A stretch of 64,000 nt of DNA from a virus. Lineage: Duplodnaviria; Caudoviricetes. Shown piece after piece: positions 1-9,320 of the stretch; position 1 is the stretch's first letter; each line of letters begins with the position of its first letter. Under the pieces are notes generated by a model that worked only from the letters and a program-made list of their open reading frames with translations, was not told the origin of the DNA and did not search any database. A program made the position numbers and the translations under genes. The stretch spans positions 15,817 through 79,816 of the IMG/VR virus record IMGVR_UViG_3300046615_000768. One strand, written 5' to 3'.

Positions 1-22
1 TAAAGTAGCGCTTAAATTATGC

Positions 23-50
23 TTGCTTCTACAAGCCCTGCTTGTAAAAT
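23..50 (+). promoter_or_regulatory. pR-like sigma70 promoter with overlapping palindromic operator
   Basis: -35 TTGCTT (23-28), 16-nt spacer, -10 TAAAAT (45-50); inverted repeat TACAAGC-CCT-GCTTGTA (30-46), directly upstream of the Cro-like gene. Confidence 0.6.
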
Positions 51-56
51 GTGTGC

Positions 57-314
57 ATGAAAAAACTTTCCGCACGGATGCTTGCCGCTCGCAGGCGCCG
101 CGAAATCAAGCAGTTCGACCGGGTTGTAGCCGTCGTCGGCTCGAAGTCGGCGATCTCGCGTGCGCTCGGCGTCACGGTCCAGGCGGTGCAGTGGTGGCGT
201 AAAGACGGCGTGCCGCCGAACCGCTGTGCCCAGCTCTACCGCCTCTCGGGCGGTCTGGTGCAGTGCGAGCAGCTGCGTGAAGACTTCGGCCAGCTGCCCA
301 AGGTGGGTGGATGA
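57..314 (+). CDS. Cro/YdaS-like HTH transcriptional regulator
   Basis: GSKSAISRALGVTVQAVQWWRKDGVPPNRC..L..LSGG.V....LR.D pattern; first gene of the early rightward operon. Confidence 0.8.
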   Translation: MKKLSARMLAARRRREIKQFDRVVAVVGSKSAISRALGVTVQAVQWWRKDGVPPNRCAQLYRLSGGLVQCEQLREDFGQLPKVGG

Positions 315-739
315 AGCGCACGACCCCGCTCAAGCGCACGGCCTTCAAGCCCAAGGACCGCAGCTGGAAGCTGACCAACGGCACTCGCTCGCGCGAAAAG
401 GCGCCGCGCAAGAACGCCATGAAGACCAGGCAGCGCGCCGTCACCGTCGAGGAAAAGCGCCTGTGGGATCGCATGGCCAGCGAGATCGGCTGCATCGCCT
501 GCCGCGTGGCCGGCCGCGCCACCAGCGACTACGTCTCCATTCACCACATCGACGGCCGCACGAAGAAGAACTGCCACCAGCTGGTCCTCCCGCTGTGCGC
601 CGGCTGTCACCAGCAGGGCACCGGCACCGATAAGAGCCTGGTCGCCGTCCACCCGAACAAGACGCGTTTCGAGCAGCTGTACGGCACCCAGCTCGAACTG
701 CTCGCCCGTGTCCACACCATTCTCGGAATCGCATCGTGA
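311..739 (+). CDS. Ref/DUF968-like HNH-type zinc-binding nuclease
   Basis: GCIACR...IHHIDG...VLPLCAGCHQ motifs. Confidence 0.65.
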   Translation: MKRTTPLKRTAFKPKDRSWKLTNGTRSREKAPRKNAMKTRQRAVTVEEKRLWDRMASEIGCIACRVAGRATSDYVSIHHIDGRTKKNCHQLVLPLCAGCHQQGTGTDKSLVAVHPNKTRFEQLYGTQLELLARVHTILGIAS

Positions 740-1170
740 TGAGCCGTAAGAAAGCCGCCGAATATTTCGTTGTCGCCTGGGTCAAGGACTGGCGCCTGCG
801 CACCTACTTGAACGTCATCGCCGATGGCGGCCCGCGCATCGAGTGGGATCAGGCGCACACCCTGTTTCCCTGGTTGCCGGACGCAGGCCTGTTCATACGC
901 AACCTCAGCTGCCGCCCGTACCTCGCAGGGGCGAACCGGCCGTTGTCGGACGCACTGTGCGATGCCGGCCCGTCCGCAGCCGACCTGCTCGCGTTCGCAC
1001 CGAAGATCGAGGCCTTCACGTTCAAAACGCATAGCAGTGCCTACGTCGAGCCGGTGCAGAAAGCGGCAGGGCGGGGACGCAAAAAGCTCGCGCTCGCCAA
1101 AACGTTCTTGCCCGAAGCGATGGACCGCGTTGTTCGCCTGAACGGCCACCACTGGAAGGTATGCAAATGA
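736..1170 (+). CDS. Hypothetical protein
   Basis: Coupled to both neighbours by overlaps; typical codon usage. Confidence 0.55.
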   Translation: MMSRKKAAEYFVVAWVKDWRLRTYLNVIADGGPRIEWDQAHTLFPWLPDAGLFIRNLSCRPYLAGANRPLSDALCDAGPSAADLLAFAPKIEAFTFKTHSSAYVEPVQKAAGRGRKKLALAKTFLPEAMDRVVRLNGHHWKVCK

Positions 1171-2135
1171 ACACGACCCTGTACGTCGACGACGAACTGC
1201 AAGCATGGATCGACCCGCTGTCGCCGGACGAGCTGGCCCTCCTGGAAGCGAGCCTGCTCGAAGACGGCTGCCGTGATCCGCTGGTTGTGTGGGGCGGCTA
1301 CCTGCTCGATGGCCACAACCGCTACGCGCTGTGCACGAAACACGGCATCCCGTTCCAGACCGTTGAGAAAACCGGCCTGGTGACGAAGGAAGACGCGATG
1401 CTGTGGATGGTCGACAACCAGCTCGGCAAGCGCAACCTGACCGATTTCGCGCGCGTCGCGCTGGCCCTCAAGGCCAAGCCGCTGATCGAGGCGCGTGCCA
1501 AGGCGCGCATGGTGGCCGGCAAGGCAGACCCTCGTCCCAATTGGGACGAGGGTTCGACCCGTACCGACGACGCGATCGCCAAGGCCGCGCGGGTCGGCCG
1601 CAACACCGTGCGCAAGGTCGAGAAGATCATCGAGAAGGCCGGCGCCGAAGTCATCGCCCAGGTGCGCGCTGGCGAGCTGTCGATCAACGCCGCGGCCAAG
1701 ACGGTCACGCCGCCGAAGCCACCGAAAGCGCCGAAGGCCAAAACCACGGCCGATCCAGCGCCGGAAGTGGCCACGCCGCGCCTGACCCCGGAGCAGGGCG
1801 CCGTCGCCGTCACCGACGTGGAAGCGCTGCGCGCCGAAAATGCCGAGCTGCGCGCGAAGCTGGCCGAGCGTGACGAACAACTGGACGACCTCAAAGAGGA
1901 GTTTGCGAAGACCCTGGCCGACAACGTGATGATGGCCCGTGTGTTCGAGACGAACGACCACGTGAAGGCTGCCCTGATCGAGGTCGAGCGCTACCGCGCC
2001 GTTGCCGAGCAGGCGAACCGCACCCTGGCTGCACGCTCGCACGAATTCATCGAACGCGCGAGCAACGTCGCCCAGTGGAAGCGGCGCGCGGACAAATTCG
2101 AGAAAAAGCTCAAGGCGCTCGGACATGAAGTCTGA
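1161..2135 (+). CDS. ParB-like N-terminal domain protein with HTH and coiled coil
   Basis: LEASLLEDGCRDPLVVW...LLDGHNRY motif, QLGKRNL, HTH-like IAKAARVGRNTV. Confidence 0.75.
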   Translation: MQMNTTLYVDDELQAWIDPLSPDELALLEASLLEDGCRDPLVVWGGYLLDGHNRYALCTKHGIPFQTVEKTGLVTKEDAMLWMVDNQLGKRNLTDFARVALALKAKPLIEARAKARMVAGKADPRPNWDEGSTRTDDAIAKAARVGRNTVRKVEKIIEKAGAEVIAQVRAGELSINAAAKTVTPPKPPKAPKAKTTADPAPEVATPRLTPEQGAVAVTDVEALRAENAELRAKLAERDEQLDDLKEEFAKTLADNVMMARVFETNDHVKAALIEVERYRAVAEQANRTLAARSHEFIERASNVAQWKRRADKFEKKLKALGHEV

Positions 2136-3630
2136 GATCGTCCCTCGCTCCGGGCTCTCGCGCATCACGCCGCGGCCGTTCCAGGTCACGGCGCGCGAGC
2201 AGCTGCGCGAGGGCTTCATGGCCGGGCACCGCTGCCAGATGGTGATGAGCCCGACCGGGTCCGGCAAGACCATCCTGGCGATGTTCCTCATCAACGAAGC
2301 ACTTGAACGCGGTCGCCGTGCGCTTTTCGTGGCCGACCGCCGCACCCTGATCAATCAGACCTCGCAGGTGGCCGACTCGCTCGGACTGTCGCACGGCATC
2401 GTGATGGCCAGCACCCTGCGTTATAACCCGGACGCGCCGTTCCAGATCGCCAGCGCGCAGACCCTGGCCAATCGCCGCTGGCCGCGCGCCGACCTCATCA
2501 TCATCGACGAGGCGCATACCCAGCTGTCCGTCTGGACCGAGTATATCCAGACCTGCGGCGCCGCCGTGATCGGCCTGTCGGCCACGCCGTTCTCGAAAGG
2601 CCTGGGGCGGCTGTTCTCGAACCTGGTCAACGCCACCACCATGGCCGACCTGACCCACTCGGGCGTGCTGGTGCCGATGCGCGTCCTGACGTGCAAGCAG
2701 ATCGACATGAAGGGCGCACCGACTTCCGGCGGCGAATGGACCGACCGGGGCGCGGGCGAGCGCGGCATCAAGATCGTCGGCGACGTGGTGCAGGAGTGGC
2801 TGATGTACGCCGAGGACCGCAAGACCATCGTCTTCGGCGCCACCATCGACCACTGCGAAACGATGTGCCGTGCGTTCGTCGAAGCCGGCGTCATGGCCGC
2901 TGTGTTCACCTCGCACACCACCGAGCAAGAGCGTGCCGCGCTTCTGGCCGAATACGAAAAGCACGACTCCGTCATCCGGGTCCTGATCTCCGTCGAAGCG
3001 CTGGCCAAGGGGTTCGATGTGCCGGACGTTTCGTGCGTCTGCGATGCGAGGCCGCTGCAAAAGTCGCTCTCCACCGCGATCCAGATGTGGGGCCGCGGCC
3101 TGCGTTCGTCGCCCTCCACGGGCAAGACCGACATGCTGCTGCTCGACTTCTCGGGAAACATTGTCCGGTTCAGCAACGACTTCGAGGCGATCTTTCACGA
3201 CGGCCTGGCGTCCCTCGACATGGGCGAAAAGCTCGATCGTGAAGTGCGCAAGGATGCCGAAGGCGACGAGTCGAAAGGATGCCCAGCGTGCGGCTACCAG
3301 CCCTTCTTCAAGCGCTGCATGGCTTGCGGCCACGAACGCCTGCCGACGAACAACATCGTCCCCGAGGCCGGGGAAATGGTCGAGTTCAAGATCGGACGCG
3401 CCACTGTCGGCGACAGTGCCAGTGTGTGGGCGCAGTGCGTGACGCTGATCCGAAACGGCGTCGGTCGACCCGAAACCGCGCCTGGCCGCGCCGCCCACCT
3501 CTACAAGAGCATCACGGGGATCTTCCCGCGCAACCTGCCGGATTACCACGCCGTGCCGGACGTGGCCGTCACCCGTGGCGTGCGCAACAAGCACATCGCC
3601 AACAAGATCGCCTTCAGGAACGCGAAATGA
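2125..3630 (+). CDS. Superfamily II DEAD/DEAH-box helicase with C-terminal zinc ribbon
   Basis: SPTGSGKT Walker A, IIDEAH, LSATP, KGFDVPD, QMWGRGLR, CPACG/CMACG; start trimmed to MKSEIV. Confidence 0.9.
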   Translation: MKSEIVPRSGLSRITPRPFQVTAREQLREGFMAGHRCQMVMSPTGSGKTILAMFLINEALERGRRALFVADRRTLINQTSQVADSLGLSHGIVMASTLRYNPDAPFQIASAQTLANRRWPRADLIIIDEAHTQLSVWTEYIQTCGAAVIGLSATPFSKGLGRLFSNLVNATTMADLTHSGVLVPMRVLTCKQIDMKGAPTSGGEWTDRGAGERGIKIVGDVVQEWLMYAEDRKTIVFGATIDHCETMCRAFVEAGVMAAVFTSHTTEQERAALLAEYEKHDSVIRVLISVEALAKGFDVPDVSCVCDARPLQKSLSTAIQMWGRGLRSSPSTGKTDMLLLDFSGNIVRFSNDFEAIFHDGLASLDMGEKLDREVRKDAEGDESKGCPACGYQPFFKRCMACGHERLPTNNIVPEAGEMVEFKIGRATVGDSASVWAQCVTLIRNGVGRPETAPGRAAHLYKSITGIFPRNLPDYHAVPDVAVTRGVRNKHIANKIAFRNAK

Positions 3631-4490
3631 CCTTCACCCAATTCGCCGCCCTGTACGGCCTGATCCTGCCAGACCTCTACCCGAGCGACAAAATCCGTCG
3701 CTGCGCCACCGAGGCGCACCCGAACCGCAAGGACGGCACCTACCTGTGGGACGGCCAGCGTGGCTGGGTCTGCGACTGGTCCGTCAGCGACGAGTGGCAC
3801 TGGTATGACAACCCGGACGCCAAGGGCTTTACGGACGAGGAAAAGCGCGTATGGGCCGAGCGCAAGCGCGCCCGTGAGAAGGAAGAGATGGAGATGGCCC
3901 GGCGCGCCGCGCACCTGGCCGCCGCGATGCTCAAGCAGTGCAAGCCCGGCGAACACCCCTACCTCGGCTCGAAGAAGCTCGGCCACGTCCAGGGGCTGGT
4001 CAATGACAAGCACGAGCTGATCGTGCCCATGCGCACGATCGACACGAACCACCTGGTGGGCATGCAGACCATCTGGTTCCAGATGGAGGAACGGGCATGG
4101 AAGAAGCAGTTCAGCAAGGGCATGCGCGCCAAAAGTGCCGTGTTCCGCCTCGGGAATCCGCGCGCGCCGGAAACCTGGCTGGTCGAGGGCTATGCCACCG
4201 GCCTGACGGTCGAAATGGCCCTGCGCTCGCTGAACGTCAACGCGTGCGTGCTGATCTGCTTCTCGGCGCACAACCTGACCCACGTGGCCGGCCAGGTCAA
4301 AGGCCGCAAGTTCGCCTTCGCCGACAACGACAAGAGCGGCAAAGGCATCGGGGCCGTCGAGGCGGCGCAGCTGCCGTACTCCATCAGCCCGGTCGAGGGT
4401 GAAGACGCCAACGACTGGTACGTGCGCGCCGGCCTGCTGCCGGTCGCCGCCGAAATCATGCGCGTGCGCCGGGCGGTGCCGACGCCGTAA
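3627..4490 (+). CDS. TOPRIM-domain DNA primase
   Basis: HPYL..K, LIVPM, LVEGYATGL, FADND, DAND motifs; ATGA overlap with the helicase. Confidence 0.85.
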   Translation: MTFTQFAALYGLILPDLYPSDKIRRCATEAHPNRKDGTYLWDGQRGWVCDWSVSDEWHWYDNPDAKGFTDEEKRVWAERKRAREKEEMEMARRAAHLAAAMLKQCKPGEHPYLGSKKLGHVQGLVNDKHELIVPMRTIDTNHLVGMQTIWFQMEERAWKKQFSKGMRAKSAVFRLGNPRAPETWLVEGYATGLTVEMALRSLNVNACVLICFSAHNLTHVAGQVKGRKFAFADNDKSGKGIGAVEAAQLPYSISPVEGEDANDWYVRAGLLPVAAEIMRVRRAVPTP

Positions 4491-4764
4491 CACCAGCAAT
4501 AAGACAGCGCACTGGTCGGATCGGAAGACGGCAGCGGTGCGTAGTGAGGCCCCTACTGTGGGATCTGTTTCTGAAACAGGGGCGATCGGCGGCGAAGACA
4601 GCACCGATGAAACGAAAGGCTGTCACGTCATGCGGCTCCGTCGGAGGGGAAGCGTGTAAAGGCAGGCGTAGGAAGGCTACGTCTGCCCACCATCAGAGGC
4701 AACGGGTTTAGCAGGCGGTAGCACAGAGCTAGAAGGCATGCAGTACCACTAACCAGGGGAACAA

Positions 4765-5388
4765 ATGAACATCGAGATCATCACCATCCTTGACCGCAGC
4801 GGCTCCATGAACAAGCTGCGCAACGACATCATCGGCGGCTACAACGCGTTCCTCGTCGAACAGAAGACGTTGCCAGGCAGTGCGCGCATCACGCTCGTTC
4901 AGTTCAGCGACGAGGTCGAGGAGCTGTATCAGGCCGTGCCGATCCAGCACATCGGCCACCTGACCCTCGGCAGCTACATCACCGCCGGCAGCACGGCCCT
5001 GTACGACGCGATCTGCGAGACGCTGGCCAAGCAGGGCGCGCGCATCGGTGGCGAGTCCTGGGCCGACAAGGTCCTCCTGAACATCATCACCGACGGCGAG
5101 AACAACGCCAGCAAGACGTTTACGCGCGAACAGGCGCTCCAGATGATCAAGCACAAGCAGGACAAGCTGGGCTGGACCGTGATGTACCAGGCAGCGGACG
5201 AGAAGGCGTTCGAGGAAGGCGCCAAGATGGGCATTAACCCGGCCTTCACCAACATCGTCGGCGCCACCTCGGCCGGCATGGCCGAGGCCTACGGCAACAT
5301 CAGCATGGCCACCACGGCCCTGCGCACCGGCGGCAGCCCGTTCGACGCCATCCTGAGCGTCAGCAGCCGGGACGAGAAGACCGCCTGA
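4765..5388 (+). CDS. von Willebrand factor A domain protein
   Basis: MIDAS motif ILDRSGSM, STALYDAI, IITDGENNAS. Confidence 0.85.
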   Translation: MNIEIITILDRSGSMNKLRNDIIGGYNAFLVEQKTLPGSARITLVQFSDEVEELYQAVPIQHIGHLTLGSYITAGSTALYDAICETLAKQGARIGGESWADKVLLNIITDGENNASKTFTREQALQMIKHKQDKLGWTVMYQAADEKAFEEGAKMGINPAFTNIVGATSAGMAEAYGNISMATTALRTGGSPFDAILSVSSRDEKTA

Positions 5389-5813
5389 TGCAGCGCGCGC
5401 CGCGTCCCCAACGTCCCATGCCGCCGGCCGCGCGCCGGATCGGCGTGCCGCGCGAATTTCTGATCGACTTCAACCGGGTCGCTCACTTCTTCGACTGGAC
5501 GCATGCCGAATGCGAGGCCGAGAAGGCGCGCATTCGCGGGGACGCGGCCGCCATGGCCGACGTGCCGCGCCTGGCCCGCGTCGTGCGCGCGCTGGACGTG
5601 GTGGCACGTCACTACGGCTGGACCGACGCCGAGCGCGCCGAGTGGCGTGAGCCGCTGCGCGCCCCTGGCGAGACGCGCGACTACATCGCCACCCTTGGCA
5701 TGGCCTTGCAGCACGGCTACCGCCAGACCCCCGAGAACAACCACATCAGGCTCGCCGCATGGCTGGCCAAGCACGGCTTTGACCCGATCAACACCGAGGA
5801 AACCCCGACATGA
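5388..5813 (+). CDS. Hypothetical protein
   Basis: TGATG overlap with the vWA gene; coupled downstream. Confidence 0.55.
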   Translation: MQRAPRPQRPMPPAARRIGVPREFLIDFNRVAHFFDWTHAECEAEKARIRGDAAAMADVPRLARVVRALDVVARHYGWTDAERAEWREPLRAPGETRDYIATLGMALQHGYRQTPENNHIRLAAWLAKHGFDPINTEETPT

Positions 5814-6208
5814 AGATGCCACCCGCGAATTCGCGCCAGCGCAAGATCACCAACGTGCTCATCACCGGCGTGAGCATCAGCCCGCAGGAAGGGGTCGATC
5901 ACCACGGCATGATGAACCTGACGATCGCCGAGATCGCCAGCTTGTACGTCGACCTGGTGGTGCGCGGCTGCGCGGTGCAGGTGGGTTCGCGCATCAAGGC
6001 GAGCGATGCCCTGCTGGCCAAGTACAAGCTGCTCGACACCCCACCGGAAGACGAGCGCCCGAAGGTGCCACCGCGCACCGTGCCGGCATTCAAGCCGCTG
6101 TCGCCTCAGAACATCGCCTCCTCGCGCGGCATGCGCGAAGGCAGCAACGACATGCGCGAGATCCCGAGCCACTACGGCAACGCGACCCCGCGCAAGGAGG
6201 GCGCGTAA
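5810..6208 (+). CDS. Hypothetical protein
   Basis: ATGA overlap; typical codon usage. Confidence 0.55.
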   Translation: MKMPPANSRQRKITNVLITGVSISPQEGVDHHGMMNLTIAEIASLYVDLVVRGCAVQVGSRIKASDALLAKYKLLDTPPEDERPKVPPRTVPAFKPLSPQNIASSRGMREGSNDMREIPSHYGNATPRKEGA

Positions 6209-6471
6209 TGGCGGTCGTCTTTCTCGAAGATTGGCGCCGTGTCAGGAACGCCTGGCAGCTCGCGCAGGTCCTGTCCGGCGACCCGCAGATCCGCGCGGCC
6301 GCACGCGTCGAGAGCCTGAAACGCCTGACCCGCATCCAGCGTCTGGCCACCGGAGGCACGCCGGGAGAGGGTGCCCCGGAAGACGAGCTGCGACGGGCGC
6401 GCGAACGTGCACGCGAGCAGGCCGAGATCGACGCACGCCGCGCCGCGCGCGCACCCGAGGAGAACGACTGA
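6208..6471 (+). CDS. Hypothetical protein (MAVVFLEDWRR...)
   Basis: AAGGAGG RBS and TAATG overlap; real start lies inside track ORF 5503..6471. Confidence 0.55.
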   Translation: MAVVFLEDWRRVRNAWQLAQVLSGDPQIRAAARVESLKRLTRIQRLATGGTPGEGAPEDELRRARERAREQAEIDARRAARAPEEND

Positions 6472-6812
6472 TGCGAGCCTCGAAATACCGTAACCGCAAG
6501 ACCGAAGTGGACGGCATCACCTTCGACTCGCAGGCCGAGGCGCGCCGCTGGCAGCACCTGAAGGATCTTGAGGCGCGCGGCACGATCACCGACCTGTGCC
6601 GCCAGGTGTCGTTCGAGCTGGTCCCGGCCGTGCGCTTCTTCGGCTCGAAGCGCGCCACGCCGGCGCTGCGTTATATCGCCGACTTCGGCTACACCGACGC
6701 CGACGGCAAGCGCGTCGTCGAGGACGTAAAAGGCGCGCTCACCCGCGTGTACAAGATTAAGAAGCACCTGATGAAGGCGCTCTTCAACATCGACATTCTG
6801 GAGACACGATGA
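6471..6812 (+). CDS. DUF1064-like PD-(D/E)xK endonuclease
   Basis: SKYRNRKTEVDGITFDSQAEARRW..L...YIADF.Y....VVEDVKG..T..Y.IKK.LM. Confidence 0.85.
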   Translation: MRASKYRNRKTEVDGITFDSQAEARRWQHLKDLEARGTITDLCRQVSFELVPAVRFFGSKRATPALRYIADFGYTDADGKRVVEDVKGALTRVYKIKKHLMKALFNIDILETR

Positions 6813-7003
6813 CGCAAATGGAAGCTGATGCCCGCGACGCCCGCCGCTATCGAATGATGCGGCTCCTGTGCTGCGCGAGCGAGGAGAAACAGCGTGAAGT
6901 GCACGCGCTGATCGCGCACCTGGTGGGGAGCCGGGGCCAGCTGGACCCGCAGCGCATCGACCGCGCCATGGACCTCATCCTCAACACCTACAAGCTTGTC
7001 TAA
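6809..7003 (+). CDS. Hypothetical protein
   Basis: ATGA overlap, 64 aa. Confidence 0.55.
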   Translation: MTQMEADARDARRYRMMRLLCCASEEKQREVHALIAHLVGSRGQLDPQRIDRAMDLILNTYKLV

Positions 7004-7012
7004 GGAGTTCCC

Positions 7013-7528
7013 ATGTCCCTGGCTGAACGCTACGCCCGCGCCACCATTTCGGGCAATCTGCGCAACGACGCGCTGCACGTGGGCGCCGACGTGCTGATGG
7101 CCGTCGCTATGTCCTCGAATTTTGGCGCGATGCTCATGCGTGTCAAGTTCGCCAACGACGTGGGCAGCTACCGCGCTCTGCTCGACCAGTGGACGTGGAT
7201 CGTCTCGACCAAGGCGCTGCGCCGCAACTGGCCGCTGCATATTCCGATCGACAAGGTCGCGTTCCTGTCCCTGCACCGCTGGATCTCCTCGGTGTGCCCG
7301 GCGTGCACGGGGCTCAAGCACGTCAAGATTCTGGGCGCGCCGGTGCTGGCCGAGCGTGCTTGCCCTGTGTGCCACGGCACCGGCGAGACGGAACTGCGTT
7401 GCAACCCGGCCATCCGTGACTACGTCCTCGACATGATCGAGGAGCTGGAAGCGGACATGCAGCGCTCCGTGGCACGTGCCCGCAAGAAGCTGCGCAGCGA
7501 CCGCGAAGAGGCCGAAACGAAACTCTAG
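7013..7528 (+). CDS. Q-like late antiterminator/regulator with zinc finger
   Basis: CPACTG...CPVCHGTG; last gene of the early operon before a long noncoding gap; AAGGAG RBS. Confidence 0.55.
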   Translation: MSLAERYARATISGNLRNDALHVGADVLMAVAMSSNFGAMLMRVKFANDVGSYRALLDQWTWIVSTKALRRNWPLHIPIDKVAFLSLHRWISSVCPACTGLKHVKILGAPVLAERACPVCHGTGETELRCNPAIRDYVLDMIEELEADMQRSVARARKKLRSDREEAETKL

Positions 7529-7610
7529 CGCGCGCGCGAAAACACGTTCTGCGCGCAAATTCAATCCCAAAATGGTGCCATGCGTAAACACAACAGCGAC
7601 AAAAGGGGGC

Positions 7611-7640
7611 TTGAGTTGGGCGCGGCCGTTCAAGTATTCT
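7611..7640 (+). promoter_or_regulatory. Candidate late promoter
   Basis: TTGAGT-18 nt-TATTCT downstream of the Q-like gene. Confidence 0.3.
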
Positions 7641-7879
7641 TGCCGCACTGCTGAGCGTATTGGGTTGTAGTGGATGGTTTCTGGCCCTTTCGACTCGCAT
7701 AATTCGGGCGACTACCTGGCAGCGCCGGGTGGGAAGCAACAATCCGTGCAATCGAGGACGGCGCCCACTGCGGCCTTCGCTCGCCCCGAATTTCCAAACA
7801 TTCCAGCAGGGGCGCAAGACCGTAAGACAACACCCCTATATCCGCCCGGTCCCGGGTCGCCTATAGAGAGGAACGCGTC

Positions 7880-8155
7880 ATGAGCGACGTTATGGTCTGC
7901 AAACTGCAACTGCATTCGATTCATCCAGCCGGCACCCTGTGCGCGTCGGACAACTCGCAAATCCCGGCCTCGCGCCTGCGCTTCGGCGCCGTGTGGGAAG
8001 GATCGACCGACGCCCAGCGCACGTCCGAGAACGCCATCTTCGGCCACTGGACGCCTTGCGCTGAGTTCACCGCCACCGTGAAGAACGCTGGCGTGATCGA
8101 ACGGCTCAAGGAAGGCAAGAAGTATTACGTCACCTTCACCGAAGCACCCGATTAA
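7880..8155 (+). CDS. Hypothetical protein
   Basis: GAGGA RBS; 91 aa; followed by a terminator. Confidence 0.65.
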   Translation: MSDVMVCKLQLHSIHPAGTLCASDNSQIPASRLRFGAVWEGSTDAQRTSENAIFGHWTPCAEFTATVKNAGVIERLKEGKKYYVTFTEAPD

Positions 8156-8194
8156 CCATCGTGTCTCGATGCCCCGGACCAACCGGGGCACCTC

Positions 8195-8231
8195 AACCCG
8201 CGCCCGGGAAACTCGGCGCGGGTTTTTTTTT
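8195..8231 (+). terminator. Rho-independent terminator
   Basis: AACCCGCGCC...GCGCGGGTT hairpin followed by a T run. Confidence 0.75.
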
Positions 8232-8259
8232 GACACCTCAACCGACTTGGAGAACTACC

Positions 8260-8826
8260 GTGGAAAAAGCTAACGGCATTGATATGTGCGGCGCGTCCGT
8301 CCAGCGCGGCGCAGGCGCCGGCGAACAGGCGCACGCCGAAGGCAAGTACACGGCGGTATGCCGCGCAGCCGACGGCACGATCAAGTGGACCGACGTGATC
8401 GAAAATCTCGTCACGACCCAAGGCAAGAACGACGCGCTAGACAAGTACCTGGCCGGCGCGGGCTACACCGCTGCCTGGTACATCGGCCTGATCTCGTCGG
8501 CCAGCTACAGCAACATCGTCGCCGCTGACACCATGGCCTCGCATGCGGGCTGGCTCGAAGCCGGTGCCACCAACGCACCGGCCTATTCCGAGGGCACGCG
8601 CCAGGCGCCGACCTTCTCCGCGGCGTCGGGCGGCAGCAAGGCAACCAGCGCGGCCGTCGTCTTCACCATTACCAGCGCAGGCACGACGAAGGGCTGCTTC
8701 CTGGCGAGCAGCAGCGTCAAGGACGGCACCGCGGGCGTGCTGTACTCCGCGGGCCTGTTCTCGCTCGGCGATAAGGTCTTGGGCGCGGGCGACACCCTGT
8801 CCGTCACCTACTCGGCCAGCCTGTAA
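8260..8826 (+). CDS. Virion structural protein (fibre module)
   Basis: GGAG RBS with GTG start; NLVTTQGKN.ALD..L...WYIGL...F..AS.G ... GDTLSVTYSASL pattern of phage tail-associated proteins. Confidence 0.65.
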   Translation: MEKANGIDMCGASVQRGAGAGEQAHAEGKYTAVCRAADGTIKWTDVIENLVTTQGKNDALDKYLAGAGYTAAWYIGLISSASYSNIVAADTMASHAGWLEAGATNAPAYSEGTRQAPTFSAASGGSKATSAAVVFTITSAGTTKGCFLASSSVKDGTAGVLYSAGLFSLGDKVLGAGDTLSVTYSASL

Positions 8827-8846
8827 CCAGGCGATAAGGAGCTGTC

Positions 8847-9320
8847 ATGTGGATTTTCGTTGAAACCGCCCGCATCGAGAACAATTGGGGCCAGTGGTCC
8901 GCGCTCGTCACGTTGAGCAACAACGACACCCCGGAATCGTTCTGGATCAACTTCGCGTCCGAGCCGTCCGTGGCAGAGGCCGACGCTGCCGGCACGCAGA
9001 TGGCCGTGTCAAAGAATCTCGCGGCTGCCGAAGAAGAGTTCGAGGCAGTCGTTGGCTCGCCCTACACGGCTCTTAACCTGCAATGGCAGACGGCTGCGGA
9101 GCTGGCAGCGCGCTTTCGCGCCCGCTACCGCGACGCCACCGGGATCGACGCGGCCAAGCTGGCGTACTGGCTGATCGAACGCGTCATCGCAAACGACCTG
9201 TCCGACGCCCAGATGGAAGACGCCTTCGGGTTGACCGCCACGGAGTACAACAGCGTGGCGGCGCGCATGAGCGCGCTGCACGATAGCTGGGCTAACGTCT
9301 TGGGTGCGCAAGGCGAGTAA
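8847..9320 (+). CDS. Fibre-module protein (possible chaperone)
   Basis: AAGGAG RBS; coupled to the fibre gene. Confidence 0.55.
   Translation: MWIFVETARIENNWGQWSALVTLSNNDTPESFWINFASEPSVAEADAAGTQMAVSKNLAAAEEEFEAVVGSPYTALNLQWQTAAELAARFRARYRDATGIDAAKLAYWLIERVIANDLSDAQMEDAFGLTATEYNSVAARMSALHDSWANVLGAQGE

Noticed and set aside
4600-4620. CCGATGA-AAC-GAAA hammerhead-like core
   Set aside because: Core is CCGA rather than CUGA and there is no stem II between the elements
7640-7860. Possible tRNA after the Q-like gene
   Set aside because: No acceptor stem or TTC-loop cloverleaf found by eye
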